Position numbers and translations under genes: made by a program
Shown here: positions 28,882 through 38,359 of the stretch, piece after piece
How positions within the stretch are numbered: the first letter of the stretch is position 1
Layout of the letters: each line of letters starts with the position of its first letter
The notes under the pieces: generated by a model
The model's input: only the letters and a program-made list of their open reading frames with translations
The model's database searches: none
Told to the model about the DNA's origin: nothing
NCBI RefSeq assembly: GCF_024228675.1
Contig: NZ_CP100461.1
Location: 2,103,397-2,167,396 of the forward strand
DNA length: 64,000 bases
Source of the DNA: Salinigranum marinum
GTDB taxonomy: Archaea; Halobacteriota; Halobacteria; Halobacteriales; Haloferacaceae
Direction of reading: 5' to 3'

Positions 28882-30636
28882 ATGACAGAGGCACCGGCAT
28901 CGACACCCACCGGCGGCGCGCGCGATCCGGCGTCGCTGGCGGTCGTCATCGTCGACGGCTACGTCGACGAACCCGCCCACTTCGGCGTTCCCCCCTACAT
29001 TTCGACGTATCCGCGCTACACGGCGGGCGCGCTCGTCGACGCCGGCGTCCCGCCCGAACGGATCCGTTATCACACCATCGACGCACTGCGGGAGGAGCGG
29101 TCGAACTGGCGCGACGTCGCCGGCGCGGATCTCATGATCTACGTCGGGGGGATGACCGTCCCCGGCAAGTACGTCGGCGGCACCCCGGCCGAGCCTGACG
29201 AGGTACGCGAACTCGCCTGGACCGCCGACGGCACGACCCTGATGGGCGGTCCCGTCAAGTTCGGCGTCGGCGAGAAGAACGAGGGTGCGTCCGACACCGA
29301 GCGCAAGGACCTCGACTACGACTTCGTGGCGAAGGGCGACATCGAGGCGGCCGCCTACGACCTGGTCTCCTCGGGGCTAGAGGGGTTCGGCGACCGGATG
29401 CGCGGGTACGACGAGGTCGAGCGCTGGGCGTCGAAGGGCGCGTTCGTCGTCGAACAGCACCCGAACCACCCGGAGTACCTCATCGCCGAACTGGAGACCT
29501 CCCGCGGGTGTGCGTACCGCTGTTCGTTCTGTACGGAGCCGCTGTACGGCGATCCGAACTTCAGAACCGCCGAATCCGTCGTCCGCGAGGTGGACCGACT
29601 CGCCGATTCGGGGATCAAACACTTCCGCATCGGCCGGCAGGCCGACATCCTCGCCTTCGGCGGCGACGGCGAGGCACCGAACCCCGACGCGCTCCGCGAC
29701 CTCTACGGGGGGATCCGCGAGGTGGTTCCCGACCTCGGGACGCTCCACCTGGACAACATGAACCCGGTGACGATCGTCGACTACCCCGAGCGCTCCCGGG
29801 AGGCGATCCGAATCATCTCCGAGCACAACACGCCCGGCGACACGGCGGCGTTCGGCCTCGAATCGGCCGATCCCGTGGTGCAGGAGGAGAACAACCTCCT
29901 CGTCTCCGCGGCGGAGTGTCTGGAGGCGGTCCGCGTCGTCAACGAGGAGGGAGGGTGGCGGCCCGGCGACGACGAGAAGCGCGGTCCGAGCCTCGACGGC
30001 GACCGACTCCCGAAACTGCTCCCGGGGATCAACCTCGTCCACGGGCTGATGGGCGAACGGCCCGAGACGTACGAGCACAACAAACGCTTCCTCGAACAGG
30101 TGTACGACGAGGGGCTGATGCTCCGCCGGATCAACATCCGGCAGGTGATGGCGTTCGCGGGGACCGAGATGTCCGAGACGGGCGCGGAGATCGCAAAGGA
30201 GCACAAACAGCAGTTCAAGCCGTACAAACGCGAGATCCGCGAGGAGATCGACCGGCCCATGCTCAGACGCGTCCTCCCGCCGGGGACGGTGCTGGAGGGC
30301 GTCCACGCGGAGTACCACCAGGATGGCAAGACGTTCGGCCGCCAGCTCGGGACGTACTCGCTCCTCGTGGCGGTGCCGGGCGAGCGGCCGCTGGGCGAGA
30401 CCATGGACGTCGCCGTCGTCGACTACGGCTACCGCTCCGTGACGGGCGTACCCTACCCCCTCGATCTGAACGCGGCGTCGCTCGACGAACTCACGGCGAT
30501 CCCCGGCGTCGGCAGACGGACCGCAGGCGACATCGTCGTCGGCCGGCCGTACGCCTCCACGGCGGAACTCCCGGAGACCACCGAGGTCGATCTCTCCCGG
30601 TTCGCCACTCTGGGGACGCCGAGGTCGGTCGACTGA
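28882..30636 (+). CDS. Radical SAM protein with an N-terminal flavodoxin/B12-binding-like domain, a C-terminal TRAM-like domain and a helix-hairpin-helix tail
   Basis: Single CxxxCxxC cluster motif SRGCAYRCSFC. A TRAM-like beta-barrel near 480-540. HhH motif LDELTAIPGVGRRTAGDIV. Confidence 0.78.
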   Translation: MTEAPASTPTGGARDPASLAVVIVDGYVDEPAHFGVPPYISTYPRYTAGALVDAGVPPERIRYHTIDALREERSNWRDVAGADLMIYVGGMTVPGKYVGGTPAEPDEVRELAWTADGTTLMGGPVKFGVGEKNEGASDTERKDLDYDFVAKGDIEAAAYDLVSSGLEGFGDRMRGYDEVERWASKGAFVVEQHPNHPEYLIAELETSRGCAYRCSFCTEPLYGDPNFRTAESVVREVDRLADSGIKHFRIGRQADILAFGGDGEAPNPDALRDLYGGIREVVPDLGTLHLDNMNPVTIVDYPERSREAIRIISEHNTPGDTAAFGLESADPVVQEENNLLVSAAECLEAVRVVNEEGGWRPGDDEKRGPSLDGDRLPKLLPGINLVHGLMGERPETYEHNKRFLEQVYDEGLMLRRINIRQVMAFAGTEMSETGAEIAKEHKQQFKPYKREIREEIDRPMLRRVLPPGTVLEGVHAEYHQDGKTFGRQLGTYSLLVAVPGERPLGETMDVAVVDYGYRSVTGVPYPLDLNAASLDELTAIPGVGRRTAGDIVVGRPYASTAELPETTEVDLSRFATLGTPRSVD

Positions 30637-30705
30637 CGGCCGTGGTGGGCGAGCGGCGACACCGCCGTCGCTCGCCGGGTGGACGCCGAAAAGAAATCGG
30701 TTGGT

Positions 30706-31128
30706 TCAGAAGTCCTCTTCGATGATCTCGCCGACCGCGAAGTTCGACTTGACCTCCGACACCTCGACCTTCACGCGTTCGCCGACCTCCGCACCCGGAA
30801 CGATGATGACGTAGCCGCGCTCGACGCGAGCGATGCCGTCGCCCTGCTTGCCGATGTCCTCGATCTCCACGTACCGGAGCTCGCCGACTTCGACCGGCGG
30901 TTGGGGCTCCGACGTGTGACTCTGTTTCGGCTTCGATTCGGACGGTTCGGCTTCCTCCCGAGAGATGAGCGCGACGCGGTAGATTTCGCCGGGGTCGACG
31001 CTCCCCGTCTCGATCTCACGCCGGGGGACTTCGATGACGTACCGGTCGTCTTCCGACCGCACGTCGGCGTTGAACAGACACATGAGCTTATCTGAGATTT
31101 CCACAGTGAGACCTCCATGAACGTCCAT
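30706..31128 (-). CDS. TRAM-domain protein (two TRAM-like OB folds); start uncertain (alternatives 31206 or 31083)
   Basis: C-terminal GDGIARVERGYVIIVPGAEVGERVKVEVSEV is a canonical TRAM. An N-terminal second copy (GGLTVEISDK...GEIYRVALI). Confidence 0.6.
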   Translation of the reverse strand: MDVHGGLTVEISDKLMCLFNADVRSEDDRYVIEVPRREIETGSVDPGEIYRVALISREEAEPSESKPKQSHTSEPQPPVEVGELRYVEIEDIGKQGDGIARVERGYVIIVPGAEVGERVKVEVSEVKSNFAVGEIIEEDF

Positions 31129-31320
31129 GTTCGCCGGCACCAAAGAGCTACCGACCCCGTATCGGTCGATTTTCGGCTCCTGTCGGGGGTCGGGAGGGTG
31201 TTCCACGGTGTCGTTGGTCGTCCGTGGTGTCGTGCTCGGGACATGACGAGTCGGCCGTGAGCACGAGCGTGCGCCGCGATGGTAGCCGGGGGTGCGCGTC
31301 GAGGGTGGTGACCGGGACCC

Positions 31321-32094
31321 TCACGGATCGAGCGGCGTCCCGTCGGGCCGCTTCTGTCCCTCGGAGTCGTGGACCACGACGCCCTCCGCGTCCGTCGGTC
31401 GGTAGTTGTCCCGCACGCCGATCGCCTCCTCCAGTTCGCGGACCGCCCGTCGTTTGAGGGCCGCGGCCAGTTCCTCGGCCTCCTCGCGTGCGATGTCCCG
31501 GCCGAGGCCCTCGCACTCGTGGGCGCGGACCATCCCCTCCTCGTCGACCGCCTCACCCATCGGCTGGCTCGTCCCGCCGAGCGCGACGCTGAACGGGTAG
31601 GTCCGGCAGACGAGCGGCCGCGCGTCGTGGACCGCACACGCTCCCCGACCGTCGGTCTCGCGGTAGAACGTGCAGTCGCCACAGCCCGTGGTCGCCAGCG
31701 CCCACTCGAACGTCTCCCCCGTGGAGCCGTCCGGGCCGTCGGTCAGTCCGTACGGCATCGGGCGGGCGACGTCGCGCCAGTCGTACGACTCACGTCGCTC
31801 TCGGGCGCTCTCGGGCGCTCGGGCGGGGTCGGACTCGTTCGCCGCGTCGACCAGCCGGCGCACCTCGTCGGGGAACACCGTCGCGGTGTGTGCTTCGCGC
31901 GCACCGTCGTCGGGTGATCCGTCCGGAGACTCGTCCGGTGATCCGTCCGGAGCGTCACCGCACGTCTCGTACCCCTTACAGCAGGCACCACACCGGGTGC
32001 ACTCGAAGCCGATCGACTCGATGGCGTCGGCGAGCGTCTCGACGTCGAGGTCGCGGGCGTGGACGAGTTCGGTTTCGAGCGACGAGTCGGACAC
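31321..32094 (-). CDS. YkgJ/UPF0153-family Fe-S (zinc/iron-chelating) domain protein
   Basis: FECTRCGACC plus later CGDC..C..C clusters. Probable GTG start at 32092-32094, just after the MBL gene stop; the ORF-track start overlaps the MBL gene by 52 nt. Contains the DGSPDESPDGSPD tandem peptide repeat. Confidence 0.6.
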   Translation of the reverse strand: MSDSSLETELVHARDLDVETLADAIESIGFECTRCGACCKGYETCGDAPDGSPDESPDGSPDDGAREAHTATVFPDEVRRLVDAANESDPARAPESARERRESYDWRDVARPMPYGLTDGPDGSTGETFEWALATTGCGDCTFYRETDGRGACAVHDARPLVCRTYPFSVALGGTSQPMGEAVDEEGMVRAHECEGLGRDIAREEAEELAAALKRRAVRELEEAIGVRDNYRPTDAEGVVVHDSEGQKRPDGTPLDP

Positions 32095-32117
32095 ACTCCG
32101 ACTCGAGTCGGCGCGGA

Positions 32118-32921
32118 CTAAACGCCGTCGTTCGACGTCGTCGCGGCCCGGTCCGCCGCCGCATCCCACGCGACAGCGCCCTCGACGGCGAGTTTCTCCA
32201 AGTGAGCGCGGACGGTCGCGCGTGCGAGGTCGCGCACGCCCGAGATGTCCTTCTCGTAGGCGGCGTCGACCACCTCGTCGAGCGTCCGCGCCCCGGCTTC
32301 GACCGCCCGTCTGACGCGCGCTTCGCGGGCCAGTCGGTGGGCGATGAGCCGGTCGAGCGCCGCTCGCGGGTCGTCGATCGCCGGGCCGTGGCCAGGACAG
32401 AGCCGGTCGGGGGCGCGTGCGCGGAGTCGACGCAGGCCGGTCAGATACGCCCGCATGTCGCCCTCCGGCGCGCCGACGACGACGCTCCCCTCGGCGACGG
32501 CGAGGTCGCCGCAGAGGGCGACGTTCTGGCCGTCGACGGGGAGTTCGAACGCGACGTGGTCTCGCGCGTGGCCGGGCGTGTCGAGAACGGTGACGGGGCC
32601 GGCGTCCGTGTCCAGCGAGGTGCCTTCGGCGAGCGTGCGGTCGGGGTCGACGCCCGTGGCGGCCGCGAACTCGTCGGCGGACCCGCGGCGTGCCCAGACG
32701 GTCGCGTCCGTCTCGGCGGCGTAGCCCGCGACGCCACCGACGTGGTCCGGGTGGGTGTGTGTCACCGCGAGATGTGCGACGTCGGCGGCGTCGACGACCG
32801 CGTCGAGTGCCGGGTGTCGAGCGGGCGGGTCGACGAGAAGGGCACGCTCGGCTCCGACGAGGTAGGCGTTCGTCGTCCCGGTCGGGACGGCGCGCGTGAC
32901 GGGGACGGCGACGTGGTGCAC
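32118..32921 (-). CDS. MBL-fold metallo-hydrolase
   Basis: HxHxDH motif THTHPDHVGG plus downstream His/Asp ligands (TPGHARDH). 267 aa. Confidence 0.82.
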   Translation of the reverse strand: MHHVAVPVTRAVPTGTTNAYLVGAERALLVDPPARHPALDAVVDAADVAHLAVTHTHPDHVGGVAGYAAETDATVWARRGSADEFAAATGVDPDRTLAEGTSLDTDAGPVTVLDTPGHARDHVAFELPVDGQNVALCGDLAVAEGSVVVGAPEGDMRAYLTGLRRLRARAPDRLCPGHGPAIDDPRAALDRLIAHRLAREARVRRAVEAGARTLDEVVDAAYEKDISGVRDLARATVRAHLEKLAVEGAVAWDAAADRAATTSNDGV

Positions 32922-32967
32922 GGAGGGTAGGAGAGTGGGTAATCGATCCCGCGAGTCGGACGCCGGC

Positions 32968-33246
32968 TCAGGTGTTGAGGTAGTACACCTGCTTGCGGGC
33001 GTCCTTGAAGCTGTAGCGGGACGAGACCAGGTCGGACTCTTCGAGGCGGTTGAGCGCGTACCGGACTGTCCGGTCGGGGAGGAGCGACTCCTCGGCGAGT
33101 TGCCCCTGCGAGAGCGGGGCGTCGGTCTGGAGTACTTTCGCGACGAGTTTGGCGCTCGGGGGGAGTTCGCGGAGCCGCTCGCGGAACTCGGTCTCCGACA
33201 ACAGCTCTCCCGCTTCGGTCTCTGCGGTACTGGTGCTCATACCCAT
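32968..33246 (-). CDS. Small winged-helix DNA-binding protein (92 aa)
   Basis: LVAKVLQTDAPLSQGQLAEESLLPDRTVRYALNRLEESDLV is a MarR/TrmB-like wHTH. Confidence 0.6.
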   Translation of the reverse strand: MGMSTSTAETEAGELLSETEFRERLRELPPSAKLVAKVLQTDAPLSQGQLAEESLLPDRTVRYALNRLEESDLVSSRYSFKDARKQVYYLNT

Positions 33247-33459
33247 GCTACATCTTCGGTTTGTGGTAAAGGTTAGCTACAAGTGTGACAATACAATCCA
33301 GACACCTTATATTCATAATATGCTCCCGCCGCGTTCCGGCCACCGTCGCCGGTCGCTTATCCCCCGTCCGTCGTCGGCGCTCCGCCGGGGTGGCGGCCGG
33401 CGGTCGGGTGTCGACGTTCCAGTACGTTCATAACGTCGGCGTTCCCACGGCCGGTACGA

Positions 33460-34212
33460 GTGAAAGGAAAGGAGTGGTACAAGGCGGACGACGTCGCCGA
33501 AGAGTACGACTCGAAGCGTTTCTCGCGGGGCGGGCGGCTCATCGACCGCCGGGAGAAAGAGGCGGTTCTCGACGCGCTCGCACCGGTCGACGGGAAACGG
33601 GTGCTCGAGATCGCCTGCGGCACCGGTCGCTTCACCGTGTTGCTCGCCGAGCGCGGCGCGAACGTCGTCGGACTGGACATCTCGCGCGCGATGCTCGCCC
33701 AGGGGCGCGAGAAGGCCCGGGAGGCCGACGTCGACGACCGGAGCTCGTTCCTCCTCGGCGACGCCGCCAGACTCCCGTTCCCCGACGACTACTTCGACGC
33801 CGTCTTCGCCATGCGCTTTTTTCATCTCGCGAAGACGCCCGCGAAGTTCCTCACCGAGATGGCTCGCGTCTCGAAGGGTCGGGTGTTCTTCGACACGTTC
33901 AACGACCGCTCGACGCGGGTCGTCTACAACTGGCTGTTGCCGATGGGCTCGCATCTGTACTCCCGGGCGGACGTCGAGCGACTCGTCGCGGACGCCGGCC
34001 TCACCCTCGCCGAGGAGTCCCACGACTTCGTCGTCCCGTACGGCCTCTACCGGAAGATCCCGGGGGCGATCGCGGCCGACATTCGCTCGGTGGACACCGC
34101 CGTCGGCGACACCAGCATCGGCGAGCGACTGGCCTCGGTCTCCTACTGGAGCGCCCAGGTGCCCGAGCGCGAGGTCGCGACCGCCACCGAGCGGGCCAGC
34201 GAGGCCGAGTGA
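33460..34212 (+). CDS. Class I SAM-dependent methyltransferase
   Basis: Motif I VLEIACGTGRF, motif II-like LLGDAARLPFPDDYFDAV. 250 aa. Confidence 0.78.
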   Translation: MKGKEWYKADDVAEEYDSKRFSRGGRLIDRREKEAVLDALAPVDGKRVLEIACGTGRFTVLLAERGANVVGLDISRAMLAQGREKAREADVDDRSSFLLGDAARLPFPDDYFDAVFAMRFFHLAKTPAKFLTEMARVSKGRVFFDTFNDRSTRVVYNWLLPMGSHLYSRADVERLVADAGLTLAEESHDFVVPYGLYRKIPGAIAADIRSVDTAVGDTSIGERLASVSYWSAQVPEREVATATERASEAE

Positions 34213-34276
34213 GCGCCGGAACGGCCGGAACGGCTGGAGCGGCCGGATTTAAGTGTCCGCTCGCCGACCGACCGCT

Positions 34277-35188
34277 ATGGACCTCTCGGTAGTCGTCCCG
34301 ACCCTCAACGGGCGGGACCGGCTGGCGACCAGCCTCGACTCGCTGGCCGCGCACGCCCCCGACGTCGAGGTCGTCGTCGTCAACGGCCCCTCGGCGGACG
34401 GGACGACCGGGATGGTGCGCGACCGCGGCGACGTCGACGTGCTCGTCGAACTCTCCGCGCGGACGCTCAACGTCGCGCGCAACGCCGGGATTCAGGCGGC
34501 CAGCGGCGACGCGGTCGCCTTTCTCGCCCACGACTTCGCCGTCGAACCCGGCTGGGCCGACGCCGTCTCCGAGCGGCTGGTCGACCGACCGGTCGTCACC
34601 GGGCCGACGCAGCGACCCGTCTACGGCGGGCGGACCGCCGACGAACCCGAGCGCCGGCGGATCTGCAAGCGGGACGTCTCGTACTTCGACGGCGGCAACG
34701 TCGCGTTTCGGGCCTCGGTTCTCGACGACCTCGACGGCTTCGACGAGTACCTGGAGACGGGCGGCGCACGCGACGCCGCCCACCGGCTCGCTGGGCTCGA
34801 CTACGACGTCGTCTGGGAGCCGGCGATGCAGGTCTCGCTCGAACACGAGACGGACGGGGGCGTCGAGTCCCGCGACTGGGAGTGGAAGTACCGTGCGCTC
34901 GCGTACCGTCTCGTGAAGAACTACGGCCTCAGACCCGAAGTCGCCCGCCGGACTCTCCGACACGCCGGCTCCGACGCGTACACGACCGCCAGGGACGTCG
35001 TCGTCGGTGAGGCGGTTCCCACCTCGTGGTTCGGGACGAGCCGCGGGGTGGTCGTCGGGATGACGATCGGTGCCCGAGACGGCCTCGTCGCCCGCGCACG
35101 CGACCGGACCCCGACGCGGAACCCCCGCGGCGTCTCGACCCGGACGGACCGTGCGGTCGCCCAGTACGACTGCCGGTCGTCGACGTAG
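34277..35188 (+). CDS. GT2-family glycosyltransferase
   Basis: LSVVVPTLNG, DxD-like region, NVAFRASVL. ATG at 34277 preferred over the track start 34253. Confidence 0.75.
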   Translation: MDLSVVVPTLNGRDRLATSLDSLAAHAPDVEVVVVNGPSADGTTGMVRDRGDVDVLVELSARTLNVARNAGIQAASGDAVAFLAHDFAVEPGWADAVSERLVDRPVVTGPTQRPVYGGRTADEPERRRICKRDVSYFDGGNVAFRASVLDDLDGFDEYLETGGARDAAHRLAGLDYDVVWEPAMQVSLEHETDGGVESRDWEWKYRALAYRLVKNYGLRPEVARRTLRHAGSDAYTTARDVVVGEAVPTSWFGTSRGVVVGMTIGARDGLVARARDRTPTRNPRGVSTRTDRAVAQYDCRSST

Positions 35189-36013
35189 TCACTCGCCGGG
35201 CGACAGCGCCGGGAAGACGCGGACCGCGTTCTTCGAGAACGCCCGGCGCATGAGGTCTTCGGGCACGTCCAGCGTCAACAGTTCCATCACCCCGACGTTC
35301 GGGTGTGACTCGGGCGCGCCGGAGCCGAAGAGGACGCGGTCGGGATGTTCGAGCAACCCCTGTTCGAGGACCCCCCGGTAGCGGACGAAGCTCGTCTCGA
35401 CGTAGAGCCGCTCGTACCGGTCGAGGAGGTCGATCGCCGCCCGCATCAGTTCGCGGTCGAGCGGGAAGCCGCCGAAGCTCTCCAACACCACCGGGAACGA
35501 GCGCCGGAGGAGCGTCGCCTCGACGGCCGCCGGCGGGAACGCCGTCCCGGCCCGGACGACCACGGGGAGTCCGACGTCGTCGAGTCGGTCGAGCGTCTCC
35601 GCGTCCGGGAGTCCGTCGCGAGCGGGGTCGAGCGCGAAGCCGTAGAACCGATCGCCGTAGCCGTACTGCTCGACGTCGTCGGGCGTGGCGTGGTGAGACT
35701 GCCGGGACGCCGTGAGGTTCCGGAGCCGGGCGGCCGGTCGGTCACTGGGGTCGCGCGGCCCGTCGAGTCGTGCGAGCGGAACGAACGGACGGTCGACGCT
35801 CAGCCGTGCCACCGCGTTGTTCGCCCGGAGGTACCCCTCCCCGGCGGGCCGAGGCCCGGCTGCGATGACCGCCGAGACGACGCCGGCCTGGTGGAACTCC
35901 CGTTCGAGCCGTTCGGGCCCGACGTCGCGACCGAACACGGCGCTCGCTACGCCGTTGGGGTCGAGTTGGGCGCGGACGTCGACCACGCGAAAGCCGTGTT
36001 CCAGTTCCAGCAT
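35189..36013 (-). CDS. Amidohydrolase-family (TIM-barrel metal-dependent hydrolase) protein
   Basis: ~274 aa with an amidohydrolase-2-like pattern. Internal ATG (MLELEHGF...) chosen; the ORF-track N-terminal 35 aa look non-coding. The start coordinate may be off by one (ATG seen at 36010-36012). Confidence 0.65.
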   Translation of the reverse strand: MLELEHGFRVVDVRAQLDPNGVASAVFGRDVGPERLEREFHQAGVVSAVIAAGPRPAGEGYLRANNAVARLSVDRPFVPLARLDGPRDPSDRPAARLRNLTASRQSHHATPDDVEQYGYGDRFYGFALDPARDGLPDAETLDRLDDVGLPVVVRAGTAFPPAAVEATLLRRSFPVVLESFGGFPLDRELMRAAIDLLDRYERLYVETSFVRYRGVLEQGLLEHPDRVLFGSGAPESHPNVGVMELLTLDVPEDLMRRAFSKNAVRVFPALSPGE

Positions 36014-36161
36014 CGTCTTACACGACGGGGGCGGTCCGGAATAAGATACCCCCGTCGGCCGACGGTGCGGCCGACGCCGAAAGGGGGGCGAACCCGAACG
36101 TGTGTCAGTCGCGCACACGTGTCGTATGCTACGCAGTCGTGTGGTTTTGCGGTGCAGAGGG

Positions 36162-36176
36162 GCGAAACGTATATAT
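36162..36176 (+). promoter_or_regulatory. BRE (CGAAA) + TATA box (GTATATATA) of the thermosome gene, ~35 nt upstream of the ATG (leaderless-type)
   Basis: Sequence gggCGAAAcGTATATATAgaac. This is the strongest AT-rich box in the window and matches the archaeal BRE/TATA consensus. Confidence 0.6.
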
Positions 36177-36208
36177 AGAACTGCAATCCATGATTCTGTT
36201 GATTACTC

Positions 36209-37783
36209 ATGGCATCCCGCATGCAGCAAGGTCAGCCGTTGTTCATACTCGCAGAGGGCACCCAGCGAACCCGCGGCCAGAACGCACAGGACTCGAACAT
36301 CCGTGCGGGCCGAGCGGTCGCCAGCGCCGTCCGGACCACACTCGGTCCCCGCGGCATGGACAAGATGCTCGTCGATTCTTCGGGAGAGGTCGTCATCACC
36401 AACGACGGGGCGACGATCCTCAACGAGATGGACATCGAGCACCCCGCCGCGCAGATGATCGTCGAGGTGGCCGAGACCCAGGAGGACGAGGTCGGTGACG
36501 GAACGACGACTGCGGCGGTCCTCACCGGGGAGCTGCTCGCGAAAGCCGAGAACCTGCTCGAAGACGACATCCACCCGACGGTCATCGTCGAGGGGTACAC
36601 CGAGGCCGCTCGGCTCGCCCAAGAGGCCATCGACGGGCAGGTACTCGACGTCGACCTCGACGACGACCTCCTCGTGAAGGTGGCCGAATCCTCCATGACC
36701 GGCAAGGGGACCGGCGACGTCACCGCCGACACCCTCGCGGGACACGTCGTTCGCGCGGTCCGGATGGTACACGACGACGAGCGGTTCGACCGCGACGACG
36801 TCGACGTCCACACGCGGACGGGCGCGTCCTCATCTGCGACCGAACTCGTCGAGGGCGTCATCATCGACAAAGAGCCCGTCAACGACGAGATGCCGCGCTC
36901 CGTCGAGGACGCAACCGTGGCGGTCGTCGACGTCAAGCTCGACGTCCGCAAGGCCGAGGCCGACACCGAGTACAACATCACGAGCGTCGACCAGCTCACC
37001 GCGGCGCTCGACGCCGAGGAGAACGAGCTCCGGTCGTACGCCACCTCGCTGAAGGAGGCCGGCGTCGACGTCGTCTTCTGCACGAAGTCGATCTCGGACC
37101 GCGTCGCTAGCTACCTCGCCAAGGAGGGCATCCTGGCGTTCAAGAGCGTGAAGAAGTCCGACGCGCGCCGGCTCGCCCACGCGACGGGCGCGAAGCGGCT
37201 CGGCTCGCTCACCGACATCGACTCCGACGACTTCGGCCACGCCGACTCGGTCTCGATCGAGAAGTACGGCGAGGACGAACTCACGTTCGTCGAGGGCGGC
37301 GCGGCCTCGAAGTCGGTGACGCTGCTTCTGCGCGGCGGCACCGAACACGTCGTCGACGAACTTGAGCGCGCGATCAACGACGCCATCGACGTCACGGTCG
37401 CCGCGATCGACAAGGGCGGCGTCGTCCCCGGTGCTGGCTGCACCGAGATCGCCATCGCCGACCACATCCGGTCGGAGGCGGCCGGCATCGAGGGCCGCAA
37501 GCAGCTCGCGGCCGAGGCGTTCGCCGACGCGGTCGAGGCGCTCCCCCGCACGCTCGCCGAGAACGTGGGGATGGACCCCATCGACGCGCTCGTCGACCTC
37601 CGCGCCCGCTTCGAGAACGAGGGTCGTGCGGGCGTCGTCGCCACCGGTCAGTTCGGCGAGATCGCCGATCCCGTCGAGCACGGCATCCTCGACCCCGCCG
37701 CGGTCAAGCGCGAGGCCGTCGAGAGCGCCACCGAAGCCGCGACGATGATCCTCCGCATCGACGACGTCATCGCCGCGGAGTAA
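36209..37783 (+). CDS. ths: Thermosome subunit (group II chaperonin, CCT/TCP-1 family)
   Basis: 524 aa. GDGTTT ATP-binding motif (EVGDGTTTAAVL), NDGATIL and VPGAG motifs. Equatorial/apical domain organisation. Confidence 0.93.
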   Translation: MASRMQQGQPLFILAEGTQRTRGQNAQDSNIRAGRAVASAVRTTLGPRGMDKMLVDSSGEVVITNDGATILNEMDIEHPAAQMIVEVAETQEDEVGDGTTTAAVLTGELLAKAENLLEDDIHPTVIVEGYTEAARLAQEAIDGQVLDVDLDDDLLVKVAESSMTGKGTGDVTADTLAGHVVRAVRMVHDDERFDRDDVDVHTRTGASSSATELVEGVIIDKEPVNDEMPRSVEDATVAVVDVKLDVRKAEADTEYNITSVDQLTAALDAEENELRSYATSLKEAGVDVVFCTKSISDRVASYLAKEGILAFKSVKKSDARRLAHATGAKRLGSLTDIDSDDFGHADSVSIEKYGEDELTFVEGGAASKSVTLLLRGGTEHVVDELERAINDAIDVTVAAIDKGGVVPGAGCTEIAIADHIRSEAAGIEGRKQLAAEAFADAVEALPRTLAENVGMDPIDALVDLRARFENEGRAGVVATGQFGEIADPVEHGILDPAAVKREAVESATEAATMILRIDDVIAAE

Positions 37784-37814
37784 TCGGCTCGCCCGATAGA
37801 GGCGCCTCTGGTCG

Positions 37815-37837
37815 GATTTTCGCCTGTATTTTTCTTG
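37815..37837 (+). terminator. T-tracts (GATTTTcgcctgtaTTTTTCTT) after the thermosome stop
   Basis: T4 and T5 runs 35-55 nt after the stop codon. Confidence 0.35.
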
Positions 37838-38020
37838 GGACGATCGGGACGGCTGCTCGATTGGATCGAGTCATGAACGGACTCTTTTGAGAAGCGATCG
37901 CTCGAGCGAGGGACGGCGAGCAAGAGTCTTCGTGTCCACCGATCGAAACGGCCCGAAGGAGCGACGCTGTGAGCGGGAGACGTACCGAAGAAGCGAGGGC
38001 CAGGGCGGTGAAGCCACGAG

Positions 38021-38220
38021 CCTCCCCAGCCGACTCCTTCGCTCCTTCACTCCGTTCAGTCGCTCAGTCAGCCCTCACGCGTGAGTCACGGCCGGATCGG
38101 CCGCGACGTCACGCGCCCCCGAACCGTCGAGGCCGCCGGCGCGCGGGACCGAGCGAAGCTGAGGGACTCGCGCGAGGGATGAGCGGACCGACTGGAAGGA
38201 GAGCGAATCGGCTGGGGAGG
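38021..38220. other. Long inverted-repeat / highly self-complementary non-coding element inside a 575-bp gene-free gap (candidate structured RNA)
   Basis: Perfect 13-nt arms CCTCCCCAGCCGA (38021-38033) and TCGGCTGGGGAGG (38208-38220), extendable to ~28 bp with a bulge. The interior holds nested palindromes (CTCACGCGTGAG, GGCCGGATCGGCCG, CGCCGGCGCG). Confidence 0.3.
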
Positions 38221-38260
38221 ACGAGGTCACACCGCCCTGGTGGCCGTTCGGCGTCTCCGG

Positions 38261-38304
38261 TCCGTCTCGGTGTCGTCGTCGATCCGTCTCGGTGTCGTCG
38301 TCGA
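38261..38304. repeat. Tandem direct repeat, 2 x 22 bp (TCCGTCTCGGTGTCGTCGTCGA)
   Basis: Read directly. Located at the 3' side of the gene-free gap, just downstream of the DUF62 gene stop. Confidence 0.6.
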
Positions 38305-38359
38305 TCCGTCCCCGTCCCCATGCGTGGCATCCGATCGAACGGACCGCGACACTTCCCGA

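Noticed and set aside
38186-38215. Possible SRP RNA helix-8 motif (CTGGAAGGAGAGCGAATCGG vs consensus GGUCCGGAAGGAAGCAGCC)
   Set aside because: The resemblance is partial (it needs an indel) and the conserved GGAAGCAGCC core is not intact. It is kept only as a hypothesis inside the structured-region finding and is not called an SRP RNA gene.
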